Assembly: GCA_036398175.1 (NCBI GenBank) | Contig: DASWHL010000104.1 | Coordinates: 5,281-69,280 of the forward strand | DNA length: 64,000 bases | Source: Gemmatimonadales bacterium | GTDB lineage: Bacteria > Gemmatimonadota > Gemmatimonadetes > Gemmatimonadales > GWC2-71-9 | Direction: 5' to 3' | Part shown: piece by piece, positions 16,307-26,546 of the stretch | Position numbering within the stretch: the first letter of the stretch is position 1 | Layout: every line of letters begins with the position of its first letter | Made by a program: the position numbers and the translations under genes | The notes under the pieces: generated by a model | Seen by the model: the letters and a program-made list of their open reading frames with translations, nothing else | The model's database searches: none | What the model was told of the DNA's origin: nothing

Positions 16307-16986
16307 GCCGAACCTCCCTGAAGGGTGGGCAAGCACTGCATCACCGACGCGAACACCCCCGCGCCGGGCGCCCCGCCGAGCAGCGGGTCGGCCGCTCGTT
16401 CGGGATGAGGCATCATTCCTACCACGGTGCGCTCCGCGTTCGTGATGCCCGCGATGTCGGCCGCCGATCCGTTGGGGTTGTCGCCGACGTATCGCAGCAC
16501 CACCCGCCCCTCCGCCTCCAGTGCCCGGAGCGTGTCGTCCGCCGCGACATAGCGACCCTCGCCATGCGCGATGGGCATCCTAAGTATAGCGCCTGTCGGA
16601 TAGGCGCAGGTGAACGGCGTGTCCGTGCGCTCCACCCGCACGTCCACCGGCCGGGACAGGAACTGGAGTCCGGCGTTCCGCATCAGGGCGCCCGGCAGGA
16701 GGCCCGCCTCGCACAGGATCTGGAACCCGTTGCAGATCCCCAGGACCGCGCCGCCCGCCCGGGCGTGCGCGACGACCGCCGCCATCACGGGACTGAACCG
16801 GGCGATGGCGCCGGCCCGGAGGTAGTCGCCGTACGCGAAGCCACCGGGCAGCATGACCACGTCGGCCTGGTCCAGGTCCGTATCCCGGTGCCAGACGTAG
16901 TAGGCGGTGGCCCCGGCGCGCGCGGCCGCGCGGCTCGTGTCTTCGTCGCAGTTCGACCCGGGAAAGCGGATGACGGCGACGCGCAT
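16303..16986 (-). CDS. purQ: Phosphoribosylformylglycinamidine synthase glutaminase subunit PurQ
   Basis: MRVAVIRFPGSNCDEDT, LPGGFAYGDYLRAGA, catalytic GICNGFQIL and MPHPER. The start overlaps the purS stop. Confidence 0.93.
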   Translation of the reverse strand: MRVAVIRFPGSNCDEDTSRAAARAGATAYYVWHRDTDLDQADVVMLPGGFAYGDYLRAGAIARFSPVMAAVVAHARAGGAVLGICNGFQILCEAGLLPGALMRNAGLQFLSRPVDVRVERTDTPFTCAYPTGAILRMPIAHGEGRYVAADDTLRALEAEGRVVLRYVGDNPNGSAADIAGITNAERTVVGMMPHPERAADPLLGGAPGAGVFASVMQCLPTLQGGSA

Positions 16987-17246
16987 CACGGCGTGACCCC
17001 CACGAGCACCTCGAAGTCCTCGGTGACGGGATTGGCGAGCAGCCGGCGGCACATGTCCGTCGCCTGCGCTTCCGCGGCCGCCGCGGTGGGCGCCTCGACG
17101 GTGAGCGTCACCGCCCGGCCCACCCGGACGGCGGTCACGCCGTCAAAGCCGAGCGCCCCGAGCGCGTGCTCGACCGCCTGGCCCTGCGGATCGAGCAGGG
17201 TGGCCCGTGGCATGACCCGCACCTGCACGTGGAACGCTCCCATCAC
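16986..17246 (-). CDS. purS: Phosphoribosylformylglycinamidine synthase subunit PurS
   Basis: 86 aa. VRVMPRATLLDPQGQAVEHALGALGF...V is the typical PurS fold sequence, and it sits between pssA and purQ. Confidence 0.9.
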   Translation of the reverse strand: MMGAFHVQVRVMPRATLLDPQGQAVEHALGALGFDGVTAVRVGRAVTLTVEAPTAAAAEAQATDMCRRLLANPVTEDFEVLVGVTP

Positions 17247-18064
17247 TCCTCCCCCCGCATGGGGGTTGTCAGGGTCTCGGGATCGTCCGGCCTGTCGTCG
17301 TCGGGCTCGTCGCCCTCGCCGCGCTCGAGAAACCCCACGACCGCGGCCCGGACCATGCCGTAGGTCAGGTACGCGAGCCCGAGTGGAAAGAAAAATATGT
17401 CACGCGAGAAGATCCCGAAGCCCAGGACCGTCAGGTTGATGGCCAGACCCCCCAGGCCTCGGGCGCTCCGGATGCCGATCCGCGGCAGCTTGGCATAGCG
17501 GATCGTGCTCACCATCGCGAGGCTCAGCGCCATCATCAGGAACACCATGAGCTGCGACCACGGCAGCGCGGCCACCTGGCTCTGATAGAACGCGGTCTGC
17601 GTGAAGGGGAAATAGGTCGCCAGCGTCATGCCGGCGGCGGGGGAGGGCAGCCCCTGGAAGGCGTCCGACGGCCCGTGACCCATGTCGCCGACGTTGAACC
17701 GCGCGAGCCGCAGCGCCACGCACATCACGAAACCGTAGGAGAAGAGCCAGGCGAAGCCGCCGGCCTGCGCCAGCACGAGGTGGTAGATCAGGACCGCGGG
17801 CGCCACGCCGAAGCTCACGAGATCCACCAGGGAATCCAGCTCGGCGCCGAACCGGGAACCCGTATTGCTCATCCGGGCCACCCGTCCGTCGAGCATGTCC
17901 AGCACGCCGGCGATCACGATGTACCAGCTGGCCCGGTAGAAGTCACCCCGGCCGGCCAGCACCAGAGACCAGATGCCGAAGAAGAGGTTGGCGAGCGTGA
18001 ACATGCTCGGCACCACCACCACCACGCGGCGCACGTTGGGGCGGCGGCGGGGGAACCGGCGCAT
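17243..18064 (-). CDS. pssA: CDP-diacylglycerol--serine O-phosphatidyltransferase
   Basis: The internal ATG at 18064 gives [10 protein letters not shown]...PSMFTLANLFFG. The CDP-alcohol phosphotransferase motif DMLDGRVARMSNTGSRFGAELDSLVD is present. The long upstream extension in the ORF track is Arg/Gly/Pro junk. Confidence 0.9.
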   Translation of the reverse strand: MRRFPRRRPNVRRVVVVVPSMFTLANLFFGIWSLVLAGRGDFYRASWYIVIAGVLDMLDGRVARMSNTGSRFGAELDSLVDLVSFGVAPAVLIYHLVLAQAGGFAWLFSYGFVMCVALRLARFNVGDMGHGPSDAFQGLPSPAAGMTLATYFPFTQTAFYQSQVAALPWSQLMVFLMMALSLAMVSTIRYAKLPRIGIRSARGLGGLAINLTVLGFGIFSRDIFFFPLGLAYLTYGMVRAAVVGFLERGEGDEPDDDRPDDPETLTTPMRGEE

Positions 18065-18708
18065 TACGGCCACTCCGCGATCACGGTGATTCCGGCGCGC
18101 GTGCGGTCGCCGACGGCCACGCGCGGCCGCGCCCCCGCCGGCAGATATGTGTCCACGCGCGAGCCGAAGCGGATCAGCCCGAGACGCGTGCCCTGCCGCA
18201 CGGACGCGCCCTCCGGGGGATCCGTGACGATCCGCCGCGCGATGAGCCCGGCGATCTGCCGGATCAGGACCGGACCCCGCGGGCTCCGGACCCCCAGCGA
18301 CATGCGCTCGTTGTCCACGCTCGCCTTGTCGAACGACGCGTTGACGAACCGGCCGGGACGGTAGTCCCGGCGAATCACCGTACCATCCACCGGATGCCGG
18401 TTCACGTGCACGTCGAACACGTTCATGAAGACTGCGATGCGGAGCGCGCGGCCGCCGATCACGTCGGGCTCGTCCACCTCGGCCACGCTCACCACCCGGC
18501 CGTCCGCCGGCGCGATGACGAGGTGCTCCCCGCGCGGGCCCTCCCGGGCCGGATCCCGGAAGAACGCCGGGATCCAGACCGCGATGGGCAACCAGAGCGC
18601 CGGGAGCGCGAGCCAGGCGGCGCCCCGCAGCACCGGGACGGCCAGCAGCGCGAGCAGCACCGCGGCCCCCGCGAACACGAACGGCCGGCCCTCGGGCGCG
18701 AGGCTCAC
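18064..18708 (-). CDS. psd: Phosphatidylserine decarboxylase-related protein (short, archaetidylserine-decarboxylase-like type)
   Basis: [17 protein letters not shown]...RFGSRVD (the GS of the self-cleavage site). The GTG at 18708 overlaps the purC stop (GTGA). Its stop overlaps the pssA ATG. Confidence 0.85.
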   Translation of the reverse strand: MSLAPEGRPFVFAGAAVLLALLAVPVLRGAAWLALPALWLPIAVWIPAFFRDPAREGPRGEHLVIAPADGRVVSVAEVDEPDVIGGRALRIAVFMNVFDVHVNRHPVDGTVIRRDYRPGRFVNASFDKASVDNERMSLGVRSPRGPVLIRQIAGLIARRIVTDPPEGASVRQGTRLGLIRFGSRVDTYLPAGARPRVAVGDRTRAGITVIAEWP

Positions 18709-19607
18709 GCGGGCAGCTCGTGGCCCGTGAGGCGGCGATACGCGTCCACGTACCGCTCGCTGGTGGCACGGACCACCTCGTCGGGCAGCGTCGGACCCGG
18801 GGCGTTGCCGTTCCACGTTCCCGCCTGCTTGAGGCCGGCCAGATAGTCGCGCAGGGGCTGCTTGTCGAAGCTCGGCTGGCCCCGTCCGGGGGCGTACCGG
18901 TCGGCCGGCCAGAACCGCGAGGAATCCGGCGTGAGGACTTCGTCAATCAGCATGCCGTCGCCGTTCAGCGCGGACCCGAACTCGAATTTCGTGTCGGCGA
19001 TGATGATGCCCTTCGCGGCGGCACGGTCGCGGCCGGTCGAGTAGACGGCCAGGCTCGCGTCGCGCAGCCGCCGCGCGGTCTCGGCGCCGACGATCGCGCA
19101 CGTGCGCGCGAACGTGATGTTCTCGTCGTGGCCCACGTCCGCCTTGGTGGCCGGTGAAAAGACGGGCGGCTCGAGCCGGGCGCTTTCGACCAGGCCGGCC
19201 GGCAGCGACTCGCCCGCCAGCGTGCCGCGCTCGCGGTACTCGGCCCAGGCGGATCCCGCCAGATAGCCGCGGATCACCCATTCGATGGGGAGAGCCGTGG
19301 TCCGGCGGCACAGCATGGCGCGCCCGGCGATGGCGTCGCGGTGCGCGGCCAGCGCCGGGACGCGCGCCAGGATCTCGTCCGCGTCCGCCGTGAGGAAGTG
19401 GTTGGGAACGACGCCCGCCAGCTCGCGGAACCAGTAGGCGCTGATCTGGGTGAGCACGGCCCCTTTCCGCGGGATCGGATTGGGCAGGACCACGTCGAAC
19501 GCGCTCACCCGATCGCTGGCCACGAGCAGCAGCGTGGACGCGTCCACCTCGTAGACCTCCCGCACCTTGCCGCGGCGGAGGAGGGGCAGGGGCAGCGGCG
19601 GAGCCAT
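18705..19607 (-). CDS. purC: Phosphoribosylaminoimidazole-succinocarboxamide synthase
   Basis: The internal ATG at 19607 gives [49 protein letters not shown]..., with [10 protein letters not shown] further on. Confidence 0.93.
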   Translation of the reverse strand: MAPPLPLPLLRRGKVREVYEVDASTLLLVASDRVSAFDVVLPNPIPRKGAVLTQISAYWFRELAGVVPNHFLTADADEILARVPALAAHRDAIAGRAMLCRRTTALPIEWVIRGYLAGSAWAEYRERGTLAGESLPAGLVESARLEPPVFSPATKADVGHDENITFARTCAIVGAETARRLRDASLAVYSTGRDRAAAKGIIIADTKFEFGSALNGDGMLIDEVLTPDSSRFWPADRYAPGRGQPSFDKQPLRDYLAGLKQAGTWNGNAPGPTLPDEVVRATSERYVDAYRRLTGHELPA

Positions 19608-21046
19608 CAGACGGTCACTCCCGCGGCGTCGTCCACCGCGTAGGTCTCCAGCCGCGCCAGCAGCGGGTCGAGATGCTCGGCGAGATACTCGCGCACCTGG
19701 GCGGGCGCGCGCCCGACGTAGCGGGCCGGGTCGAGCTCGCCGCGCAGCGTGGCGGCGTCGAGGGCCGCCAGGGCCGGGTCCGCGGCGAGCCGCTCGAGCA
19801 GCCCGCCGGGTTCGCCCCGATCCTCGGCGTCCCGCGCCGCCCAGCTGTGCCGGCGGATCACCTCGTGCAGCGCTTGGCGGTCGCCGCCCGCCGCCACGCC
19901 CAGCAGGAGCCAGCGCTCCGTGGCCATGTATGGCATCATCCGGTCTACGTTGCGCCGCACCGTGGTCGCGCGCACCTCGAGGCCGCGGGCGAGGTCGCCG
20001 GCCAGGAGGAGCAGCGCGTCCGCGGCCAGGGCGCCGTCCGGCAGCACCAGGCGACGGTTGGCGCTGTCGTCGAGCGTCCGCTCGAGCCACTGGGTGGCGG
20101 CTGTGTAGGCCGTGTTCTCCCGCAGGGCGATCAGGTAGCGCGCCAGCGACCCCATGCGCTCGGCGCGCATCGGGTTGCGCTTGTAGGGCATGGCGCTGGA
20201 TCCCACCTGCGCCGACTCGGCCGGCTCGAGCACCTCGCCCTCGTGCTGCAGGAGCCGCAGGTCGTTGCCGAGCTTGGCGGCGGATTGCGCCAGGCCCGCC
20301 CAGGCATCGAGGATCCCGGCGTCGAGCTTCCGCGTGTAGGTCTGGCCCGAGACGGCCACCGACTGCGCGAAGCCGAACGCCGCGGTGACGCGCCGGTCCA
20401 GCTCGCGGACCCGGGCGGCGTCGCCGCCCAGCAGCTCGAGGAAACTGGCCTGCGTGCCCGTGGTGCCCTTGCATCCGCGGAACGGCAGCGTCTGGACGAG
20501 GCGCAGGAGCGCGTCGGCGTCGAGCGCGAAGTCGAAGGCCCACAGCGTGGCCCGCTTGCCCACCGTCGTGAGCTGGGCCGGCTGGTAGTGGGTGTACGCG
20601 AGGGTCGGCAGGTCGGCATGAGCGGCGGCGAACGCCCGCAGCGCCAGCAGCACGTCCCGCAGGCGCCCGAGCAGCAGCCGGCAGGCGTCGCGCAGCACGA
20701 TCAGGTCGGCGTTGTCGGTAACGAAGCAGCTGGTGGCGCCAAGGTGGATGAAGGGCCGGGCCGCGGGCGCCTGGTCGCCGAGGTGATGGATGTGCGCCAT
20801 CACGTCGTGCCGCAGGCGCCGCTCGTGGTACCGCACGGCGTCGAGGTCCGCGTCATCCAGATGGGCCCGCAGGTCGGCCAGGGCCGCGTCCGGGATGGCA
20901 ACGCCCAGGGCGCGTTCGGCTTCCGCCAGCGCCAGCCACAGCCGCCGCCACAGGCCGGCCCGGTGCCGCCCGCTCCACAGGGCCTGCATGGCGGGGGACG
21001 CATAGCGCGATCCGAGCGGCGATTCGTACCCGCCGGCCGGCGTCAT
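19607..21046 (-). CDS. purB: Adenylosuccinate lyase
   Basis: The internal ATG at 21046 gives [25 protein letters not shown]. The fumarate-lyase signature [11 protein letters not shown] is present. ATGA overlap with the htrA stop. Confidence 0.93.
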   Translation of the reverse strand: MTPAGGYESPLGSRYASPAMQALWSGRHRAGLWRRLWLALAEAERALGVAIPDAALADLRAHLDDADLDAVRYHERRLRHDVMAHIHHLGDQAPAARPFIHLGATSCFVTDNADLIVLRDACRLLLGRLRDVLLALRAFAAAHADLPTLAYTHYQPAQLTTVGKRATLWAFDFALDADALLRLVQTLPFRGCKGTTGTQASFLELLGGDAARVRELDRRVTAAFGFAQSVAVSGQTYTRKLDAGILDAWAGLAQSAAKLGNDLRLLQHEGEVLEPAESAQVGSSAMPYKRNPMRAERMGSLARYLIALRENTAYTAATQWLERTLDDSANRRLVLPDGALAADALLLLAGDLARGLEVRATTVRRNVDRMMPYMATERWLLLGVAAGGDRQALHEVIRRHSWAARDAEDRGEPGGLLERLAADPALAALDAATLRGELDPARYVGRAPAQVREYLAEHLDPLLARLETYAVDDAAGVTV

Positions 21047-22446
21047 CGGATGTAGAAGTCGGAGAAGCCCACGCGTCCGTCCCGCTCGAAGAAGACCCGA
21101 ATGGCGCCGCGCCCGCGCGCGGCGGAAATCAACCGCTCCACGTCCGCCGCGCTCCCGACGCCGACCTGATTGATCTGCCGGATGACGTCGCCGCGCCGCA
21201 GGCCGGTCTGGCGCGCCGTGGTCTCGGGGATCTCGTAGATCAACGCGCCCTGCTCGCTTCGCACGCCGCGTTCCTGGCGAACGGCCGGCGTCACGGTCAC
21301 GAGCCGCAGCCCGCCCAGAATGTCCACCTTCTCCGCCGTGGCGGTCGGCAGGTCCTCGACCAGCAGTCGCACGTCGCGCGCGCGCCCGTCCCGGGCCACC
21401 CGGATCAAAATCGTATCGCCCGGGCCGATGTCGAGCTTCACCGCTTCCCAGTCGAGGAAGGTGCGGAGCGGCCGGCCCCGCGAATCCACGAGCACGTCGC
21501 CGCTCCGGATGCCCGCCCGCCAGGCCGGGCTGTGCTCGGCCACGTCGAGCACCGCCAGACCGCCCCGCTGCTTCCAGCCGCGCATGGCGTCGGCGCCCGC
21601 GACATCGAGGCCCACCCAGGCGCGCCGCACCGCGCCGTGCGCGGCAAGCTCGCCGGCCACCCGCAGGGCGCGCTCGATCGGGATCGCGAACCCGATGCCC
21701 TCGGAGCCGCCCGAACGCGAAAGGATGGAGCTGTTGACGCCGACGACCTCGCCCAGGGCGTTGATCAGCGGCCCGCCGCTGTTGCCGGGGTTGATGGCCG
21801 CGTCGGTCTGGATCATGTCCACGTACACGCCGGACTGGTCGCCGGACGGCAGGAGATTCCGCCCCACGCCGCTCACCACGCCCGCGGTCACCGTGGGCTC
21901 GGCGTTGCCGAACAGGTAGCCGAAGGGGTTCCCGATGGCCACGACCCACTCGCCAATCACCAGCGACCGCGCGGACCCGATGGGCGGTGTGGGCAGCCCG
22001 TTGCCCTCGATTCGGAGGACCGCGATGTCGGTCAGGGGGTCCTCGCCGAGCAGCGTGGCGGGGTAGTCGGTGCCGTCCCGCGCCGTCACGACGATCTGCT
22101 CGGCCCCCGCCACGACGTGCTGATTGGTGATGACGAGCCCGTCGCCGCTGATCACGAACCCCGAGCCCAGGCCTTGCACCGTGCGCTCGAACTCGCGTGG
22201 CGCGAAGAACAGGCTCCACATCCCGCCGCCGACCTGCCGCTCCCGGCGCACCACGTTGACGCTGACGACCGCCGGGGCCACCCGCTCGGACGCGGTGACG
22301 ATGGCGGTGCGGCGGGAGTCCGCGAGCTGTGCGGACGCGGCCGGCGCCGGATGGGTGGGTGCCTGCGCGATCGCGGGCGTGGCCTCCCGGGACGCTTCGC
22401 CGCAGGCGGCGAGAACCAGGAGACAGGCGGTCCCGAGCTGCCTCAC
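21043..22446 (-). CDS. HtrA/DegP-family S1C serine protease with two PDZ domains
   Basis: Lipoprotein-like leader LLVLAAC. Catalytic motifs ITNQHVV, DIAVL and GNSGGPLIN are present, with a two-PDZ C-terminal half. Confidence 0.9.
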   Translation of the reverse strand: MRQLGTACLLVLAACGEASREATPAIAQAPTHPAPAASAQLADSRRTAIVTASERVAPAVVSVNVVRRERQVGGGMWSLFFAPREFERTVQGLGSGFVISGDGLVITNQHVVAGAEQIVVTARDGTDYPATLLGEDPLTDIAVLRIEGNGLPTPPIGSARSLVIGEWVVAIGNPFGYLFGNAEPTVTAGVVSGVGRNLLPSGDQSGVYVDMIQTDAAINPGNSGGPLINALGEVVGVNSSILSRSGGSEGIGFAIPIERALRVAGELAAHGAVRRAWVGLDVAGADAMRGWKQRGGLAVLDVAEHSPAWRAGIRSGDVLVDSRGRPLRTFLDWEAVKLDIGPGDTILIRVARDGRARDVRLLVEDLPTATAEKVDILGGLRLVTVTPAVRQERGVRSEQGALIYEIPETTARQTGLRRGDVIRQINQVGVGSAADVERLISAARGRGAIRVFFERDGRVGFSDFYIR

Positions 22447-23111
22447 GCCTCGACCTTGGCCTGCGCCGCGACCTTGGCCCAGTCGTTGAGGAACTGATCC
22501 AGGCCGCGGTCCGTGAGCGGATGCAGGAGGAGCTTCCGCAGGACGTCGGTCGGCATGGTCGCCACGTCGGCCCCCAGCATGGCCGCTTCGGTGACGTGAC
22601 GGGGATGCCGGATGGAGGCGGCCAGGATCTCGGTCTCGATCTCGTAGTTGTCGAAGATCAGGCGCGACTCCCGGATCACTTCCATCCCGTCGTGGCCGAT
22701 GTCGTCAATCCGGCCGAGAAACGGCGACACGTACGCGGCGCCCGCCTTGGCCGCGATGAGGCACTGCGTGGCCGAGAAGCACAGCGTGACGTTCACGCGG
22801 ATCCCCTCGGCGGCGAGCCGCCGGACGGCGATGAGCCCGTCTTCGATCATGGGGATCTTGACCACGATGTTGTCCGCGATCTTGGCCAGCTCCCGCCCCT
22901 CCGCGTACATGTTGTCCGTCTGCACGCCCACGACCTCGGCGCTGACCGGGCCGTCCACCAGCGAGCAGATCTCCTTCAGGATGTCGCGGGGATCCAGCTC
23001 GCCCGCCACCTTCGCGACCAGGGTGGGGTTCGTGGTCACACCGTCAATCAGGCCGGCGCGCGCCGCCCAGCGGATGTCACCGAGGTTCGCGGTATCCAGG
23101 AAGAACTGCAT
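22443..23111 (-). CDS. tal: Transaldolase type 3B / fructose-6-phosphate aldolase
   Basis: MQFFLDTANLGDIR...GVTTNPTL...VVKIP...VNVTLCFS...YVSPFLGRIDD over 222 aa. The ORF-track entry 22443..25274 is a spurious 5' extension. Confidence 0.9.
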   Translation of the reverse strand: MQFFLDTANLGDIRWAARAGLIDGVTTNPTLVAKVAGELDPRDILKEICSLVDGPVSAEVVGVQTDNMYAEGRELAKIADNIVVKIPMIEDGLIAVRRLAAEGIRVNVTLCFSATQCLIAAKAGAAYVSPFLGRIDDIGHDGMEVIRESRLIFDNYEIETEILAASIRHPRHVTEAAMLGADVATMPTDVLRKLLLHPLTDRGLDQFLNDWAKVAAQAKVEA

Positions 23112-23890
23112 CAGTCGTCGTTCCCTTCGAGCTGGAGGTTGTCGTACCGCGCACGAACGAAGTACAGGCCTTCCGGCGGTGCGGGCGGGCTCGCCTCCCG
23201 GTTGTCCGTTTCCGCGAGCAGGCGGCGCAGGTCGCCCGCCGGGCGACGCCCCTGCGCGATGTCCACGCTGATGCCCACCAGGAACCGGACCATCCGGTGG
23301 AGAAAACGGTCCGCCTCGACTTCGAAAATATAGCCCGCCGCCAGCTCCCGCGGCCGCCAGGTGGCGTGCGCGACGGCGCACCGGTAGTGCGCCTTCGCCT
23401 GCCCGACCGTGGAAAAGGCGCGGAAGTCGTGCGTACCCGCGATCTCGATGGCTGCCCGGGCCAGCAGCTCGGCGTCGAGGCGGTGGCCCAGGGCCCACTC
23501 GTACGGGTGCCGAAACGGCGACCGGGATGCCGGATCGCAGCCGATCACGTACCGGTAGCGCCGGGCCCGGGCGTCCTTGCGCGCGTGGAACCCCTGGGGC
23601 GCGGCGCCCACACGGGCCGCCCAGGCGTCTTCCGGCAGCAGCGCGTTCAGGGCGCGGAGCAGTTCGTCGCTCGCCCACCCGCGTTTCGTCGTGAAGCTGA
23701 TCACCTGTCCCAGCGCGTGAACGCCGGCGTCCGTGCGTCCGGCCGCGACCGCGCGCACCGGCGCGCCGTCGAGCCGCTCCAGCGTGGTTTCCACCTCCGC
23801 CTGCACCGTGCGGTCGGCCGGCTGACGCTGCCAACCCGCGAAGTCCCGGCCGACATACTGAAGGACCGCGTACCACGACTGCTCCAGCAT
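23111..23890 (-). CDS. truA: tRNA pseudouridine(38-40) synthase
   Basis: The internal ATG at 23890 gives MLEQSWYAVLQYVGRDFAGWQRQP, then GRTDAGVHALGQV (catalytic Asp) and FLHRMVR. Confidence 0.9.
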   Translation of the reverse strand: MLEQSWYAVLQYVGRDFAGWQRQPADRTVQAEVETTLERLDGAPVRAVAAGRTDAGVHALGQVISFTTKRGWASDELLRALNALLPEDAWAARVGAAPQGFHARKDARARRYRYVIGCDPASRSPFRHPYEWALGHRLDAELLARAAIEIAGTHDFRAFSTVGQAKAHYRCAVAHATWRPRELAAGYIFEVEADRFLHRMVRFLVGISVDIAQGRRPAGDLRRLLAETDNREASPPAPPEGLYFVRARYDNLQLEGNDD

Positions 23891-23984
23891 GGCGGGAATG
23901 TACGGGGGGTAGTTCCGTAGCCACAAGTAACACAACAGGTTGCGACGTTGACACCCGGCGGCGGCAGGGGCTACGTTCGGCCGC

Positions 23985-25052
23985 ATGTCCGCCTCCCCCG
24001 GGCCCCCGCCCGCCGACGCGCTCGGCGACGCCCTGGCCGTTCTGGCCCAGGGGGGGCGGCTCACCGAGGCGCAGGTCGCGGCGGCGCTCACGCTCCTCAT
24101 GCTCGGCGAGGCGTCGCCCGCGCGGGCCGCCGGCCTCCTGATGGCGATGCGCGTGCAGGGCGAGACGGGGGTCGAGGTGGCCGGCGCCGCGCGGGCACTG
24201 CGCGCGGTCATGCGAACGGTGGCCGCCCCCCCCGGCCGGGTCGCGATTGACACGGCGGGCACGGGCGGCGGACGCGTCGGGACGTTCAACGTGAGCACGG
24301 CGGCCGCGTTCATCGCGGCGGCGGCCGGGGCCACGGTGGCCAAGCACGGCAACCGGTCCTATACCTCGCGCTGCGGGTCGGCGGATGTGCTCGAGGCGCT
24401 CGGGATGGACCTGGCGGTCCAGGCCGACCACGCCGAACCGATCCTGCGTGCGGTCGGCATGGTGTTCCTGTTCGCGCCGGCGTTTCATCCCGCCATGCGG
24501 TTCGTGGCGCCCGTCCGGCGCGACCTGTCGGTGCCCACCGTGATGAACCTCGTCGGGCCGCTCGTCAATCCGGCCGGCGTGCGTCACCAGGTGGTGGGCG
24601 TGGCCGACGCCGGCCGCGGCCCGGTGATGGCGGATGCCCTCGCGCGCCTCGGTGCCGTGCACGCGCTGGTGGTGCATGGGGACGCGGGCCTGGACGAGAT
24701 CGCGCCGCGCGGTCTCACCCGGGTCTGGGAGGTCCGGAACGGGGCGATCGAGGAAGGGACCGTGGATCCGTCCGCGCTGGGCGTGACGCCGGTGGACCTC
24801 GACCAGCTGCGGGGCGGTGAGCCGGCGGAGAACGCGGCGCGCATCGAGCGCCTGTTCGAACGGCCGGAGCGGGACCCGGCCGGCCGGGCGGCCGCCGTGC
24901 TCAACGGCGCGGCGGCCCTCTACGTGGCGGGCGTCGCCACCTCCCTGGGCGACGGGGTCGAGCGCGCGTCCGCGGCGTTGACCGGCGGCGGGGCGCGGGC
25001 GATGCTGGACGCGCTTCGACGCGCGTCCGCGGGTGCTAATAGCGCCGAATGA
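23985..25052 (+). CDS. trpD: Anthranilate phosphoribosyltransferase
   Basis: IDTAGTGGGRVGTFNVSTAAAFIAAAAGATVAKHGNRS and GSADVLEALG. Its 3' end overlaps the lexA 3' end by 17 nt (convergent). Confidence 0.93.
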   Translation: MSASPGPPPADALGDALAVLAQGGRLTEAQVAAALTLLMLGEASPARAAGLLMAMRVQGETGVEVAGAARALRAVMRTVAAPPGRVAIDTAGTGGGRVGTFNVSTAAAFIAAAAGATVAKHGNRSYTSRCGSADVLEALGMDLAVQADHAEPILRAVGMVFLFAPAFHPAMRFVAPVRRDLSVPTVMNLVGPLVNPAGVRHQVVGVADAGRGPVMADALARLGAVHALVVHGDAGLDEIAPRGLTRVWEVRNGAIEEGTVDPSALGVTPVDLDQLRGGEPAENAARIERLFERPERDPAGRAAAVLNGAAALYVAGVATSLGDGVERASAALTGGGARAMLDALRRASAGANSAE

Positions 25053-25644
25053 CGCCCACGACCACGCCCTGCACGAGCAGGTCGTTTTCGTGGACGCGCA
25101 GCGGCTGCATGCGGTCGTTGGAGGGCTGGAGACGCACCCACCCACCGGCTTCCCGATAGAGCCGCTTGACCGTGGCCGACGTGCCCTGGACGAGGGCGAT
25201 GACCATCTGTCCGTTATCGGCGCTCTGGCGGTTGTGGACGACGACGTAGTCGCCGTCGTCAATGTGGTCGTCAATCATGGACTGGCCGCGCACCTTGAGG
25301 GCGTAGCACGAGCCGCGGCGGGGAATGAGGTCGTTCGGGACAGAGATGGTTTCCGGCTCCGCGATGGCTTCGATGGGCTCGCCCGCGGCCACCAGGCCAA
25401 GGAGCGGAAGCTCGGTGGCGCCGGCCTGACCGGGCACCGGCAGCATCTCGATGGCGCGGCTTTCGTTGTGCGTCCGGCGGATGCATCCCTTGCGCTCGAG
25501 ATTGGTGAGGTGCTCGTGCACCGTGGCAAGGGAACTGAACGCGAACTCCTCCGCTATTTCCTCGAAGGACGGCGCGTATCCGTTGGTCCTGATGTAGTTT
25601 TGCAGGTAGTCGAGAATCTGCTTCTGCCGACGGGTCAAGGTCAT
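25036..25644 (-). CDS. lexA: LexA repressor
   Basis: MTLTRRQKQILDYLQNYIRTNGYAPSFEEIAEEF winged-helix N-terminus, AG cleavage-site region (LVAAGEP), and S24 peptidase motifs (VRGQSM, the Ser; VKRL, the Lys). Confidence 0.95.
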   Translation of the reverse strand: MTLTRRQKQILDYLQNYIRTNGYAPSFEEIAEEFAFSSLATVHEHLTNLERKGCIRRTHNESRAIEMLPVPGQAGATELPLLGLVAAGEPIEAIAEPETISVPNDLIPRRGSCYALKVRGQSMIDDHIDDGDYVVVHNRQSADNGQMVIALVQGTSATVKRLYREAGGWVRLQPSNDRMQPLRVHENDLLVQGVVVGVIRRY

Positions 25645-25667
25645 GGCCGGCTCCCAGCAAGCGGACC

Positions 25668-25712
25668 GAACGAATACCGAACGCCCCGAGTATACCCGAA
25701 CGATACCCGAAA
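25668..25712. promoter_or_regulatory. Two tandem direct-repeat motifs, GAAC-N7-GAAC and GAAC-N7-GAAA; candidate LexA operators
   Basis: GAACgaataccGAAC (25668-25682) and GAACgatacccGAAA (25698-25712). They lie 24-68 nt upstream of the lexA ATG (minus strand) and 13-57 nt upstream of the trpC ATG (plus strand). On the lexA strand they read GTTC-N7-GTTC. Confidence 0.5.
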
Positions 25713-25724
25713 CGCAAGAGCGCC

Positions 25725-26546
25725 ATGCCGGTTCTGCGCGATATCCTGGAAGCGACCCGCGAGCGCGTTCGGGAGCTGACGCCTCGTCGCGCGGCGCTCG
25801 CGCGCGCGGCGGCCGTCGCGCCCGCGGCGCCGCCCTGGGGTGCCGCGTTCGCGGCCGACGCGGTGGGCGTGATCGCCGAGGTGAAGCGCCGGTCCCCGTC
25901 CGCCGGGCCCATCGCGCCCGCGCTCGATCCCGCGCGTCTCGCGCGCGACTACGCCCGGGGCGGCGCGGCCGCGATCTCGGTGCTCACCGACGCGCCGCAT
26001 TTCGGCGGGTCGCTTGCGGACCTGGAGGCGGTGCGCCACGCGGTGGCGCTGCCCGTGCTCCGCAAGGACTTCCTCATTGATCCGCTCCAGCTGCTCGAGG
26101 CGCGCGCCGCGGGCGCGAGCGCGGTGCTGTTGATCGTGCGGATCCTGGATCCCGCCGAGTTGCGCGCGTTGTCGCGACTTGCCCGCGACCTTGGCCTGGC
26201 GCGGCTCGTCGAGATCCACTCGCGCGCGGAGCTGGACCGCGCGGTGGAACTGGCTCCCGAGGCGATCGGCGTGAACAGCCGTGACCTCGACACCCTGCGG
26301 GTGGCGCGCGACGCGTCGGGGCCGCTCCTGGCCGAGATTCCCGAGGGGATTCTGGCCGTGGCGGAATCGGGGATCTCGTCCCGCGCGGACGTGACGCACC
26401 TCGCCGCGTCCGGGGCCGACGCGGTGCTCGTCGGCACGGCGGTGGCGCGGGCGGCGGATCCGGTGGCGGCGGTCGCGGCGCTTGCCGGTGTTCCGCGCGG
26501 CGCCCCCGGCGCGATCCGGCCCCGTGCATGGGCCGCCACGTCGTGA
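25725..26546 (+). CDS. trpC: Indole-3-glycerol phosphate synthase
   Basis: [46 protein letters not shown] and IGVNSRDL. Confidence 0.93.
   Translation: MPVLRDILEATRERVRELTPRRAALARAAAVAPAAPPWGAAFAADAVGVIAEVKRRSPSAGPIAPALDPARLARDYARGGAAAISVLTDAPHFGGSLADLEAVRHAVALPVLRKDFLIDPLQLLEARAAGASAVLLIVRILDPAELRALSRLARDLGLARLVEIHSRAELDRAVELAPEAIGVNSRDLDTLRVARDASGPLLAEIPEGILAVAESGISSRADVTHLAASGADAVLVGTAVARAADPVAAVAALAGVPRGAPGAIRPRAWAATS

Noticed and set aside
17243-25274. Very long 5' extensions of minus-strand ORFs in the track (17243..18946, 18705..20543, 19607..22219, 22443..25274).
   Set aside because: Recognisable protein sequence begins only at internal starts (pssA 18064, purC 19607, purB 21046, tal 23111). 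The extensions overlap the upstream genes in another frame and are Arg/Pro/Gly-rich.
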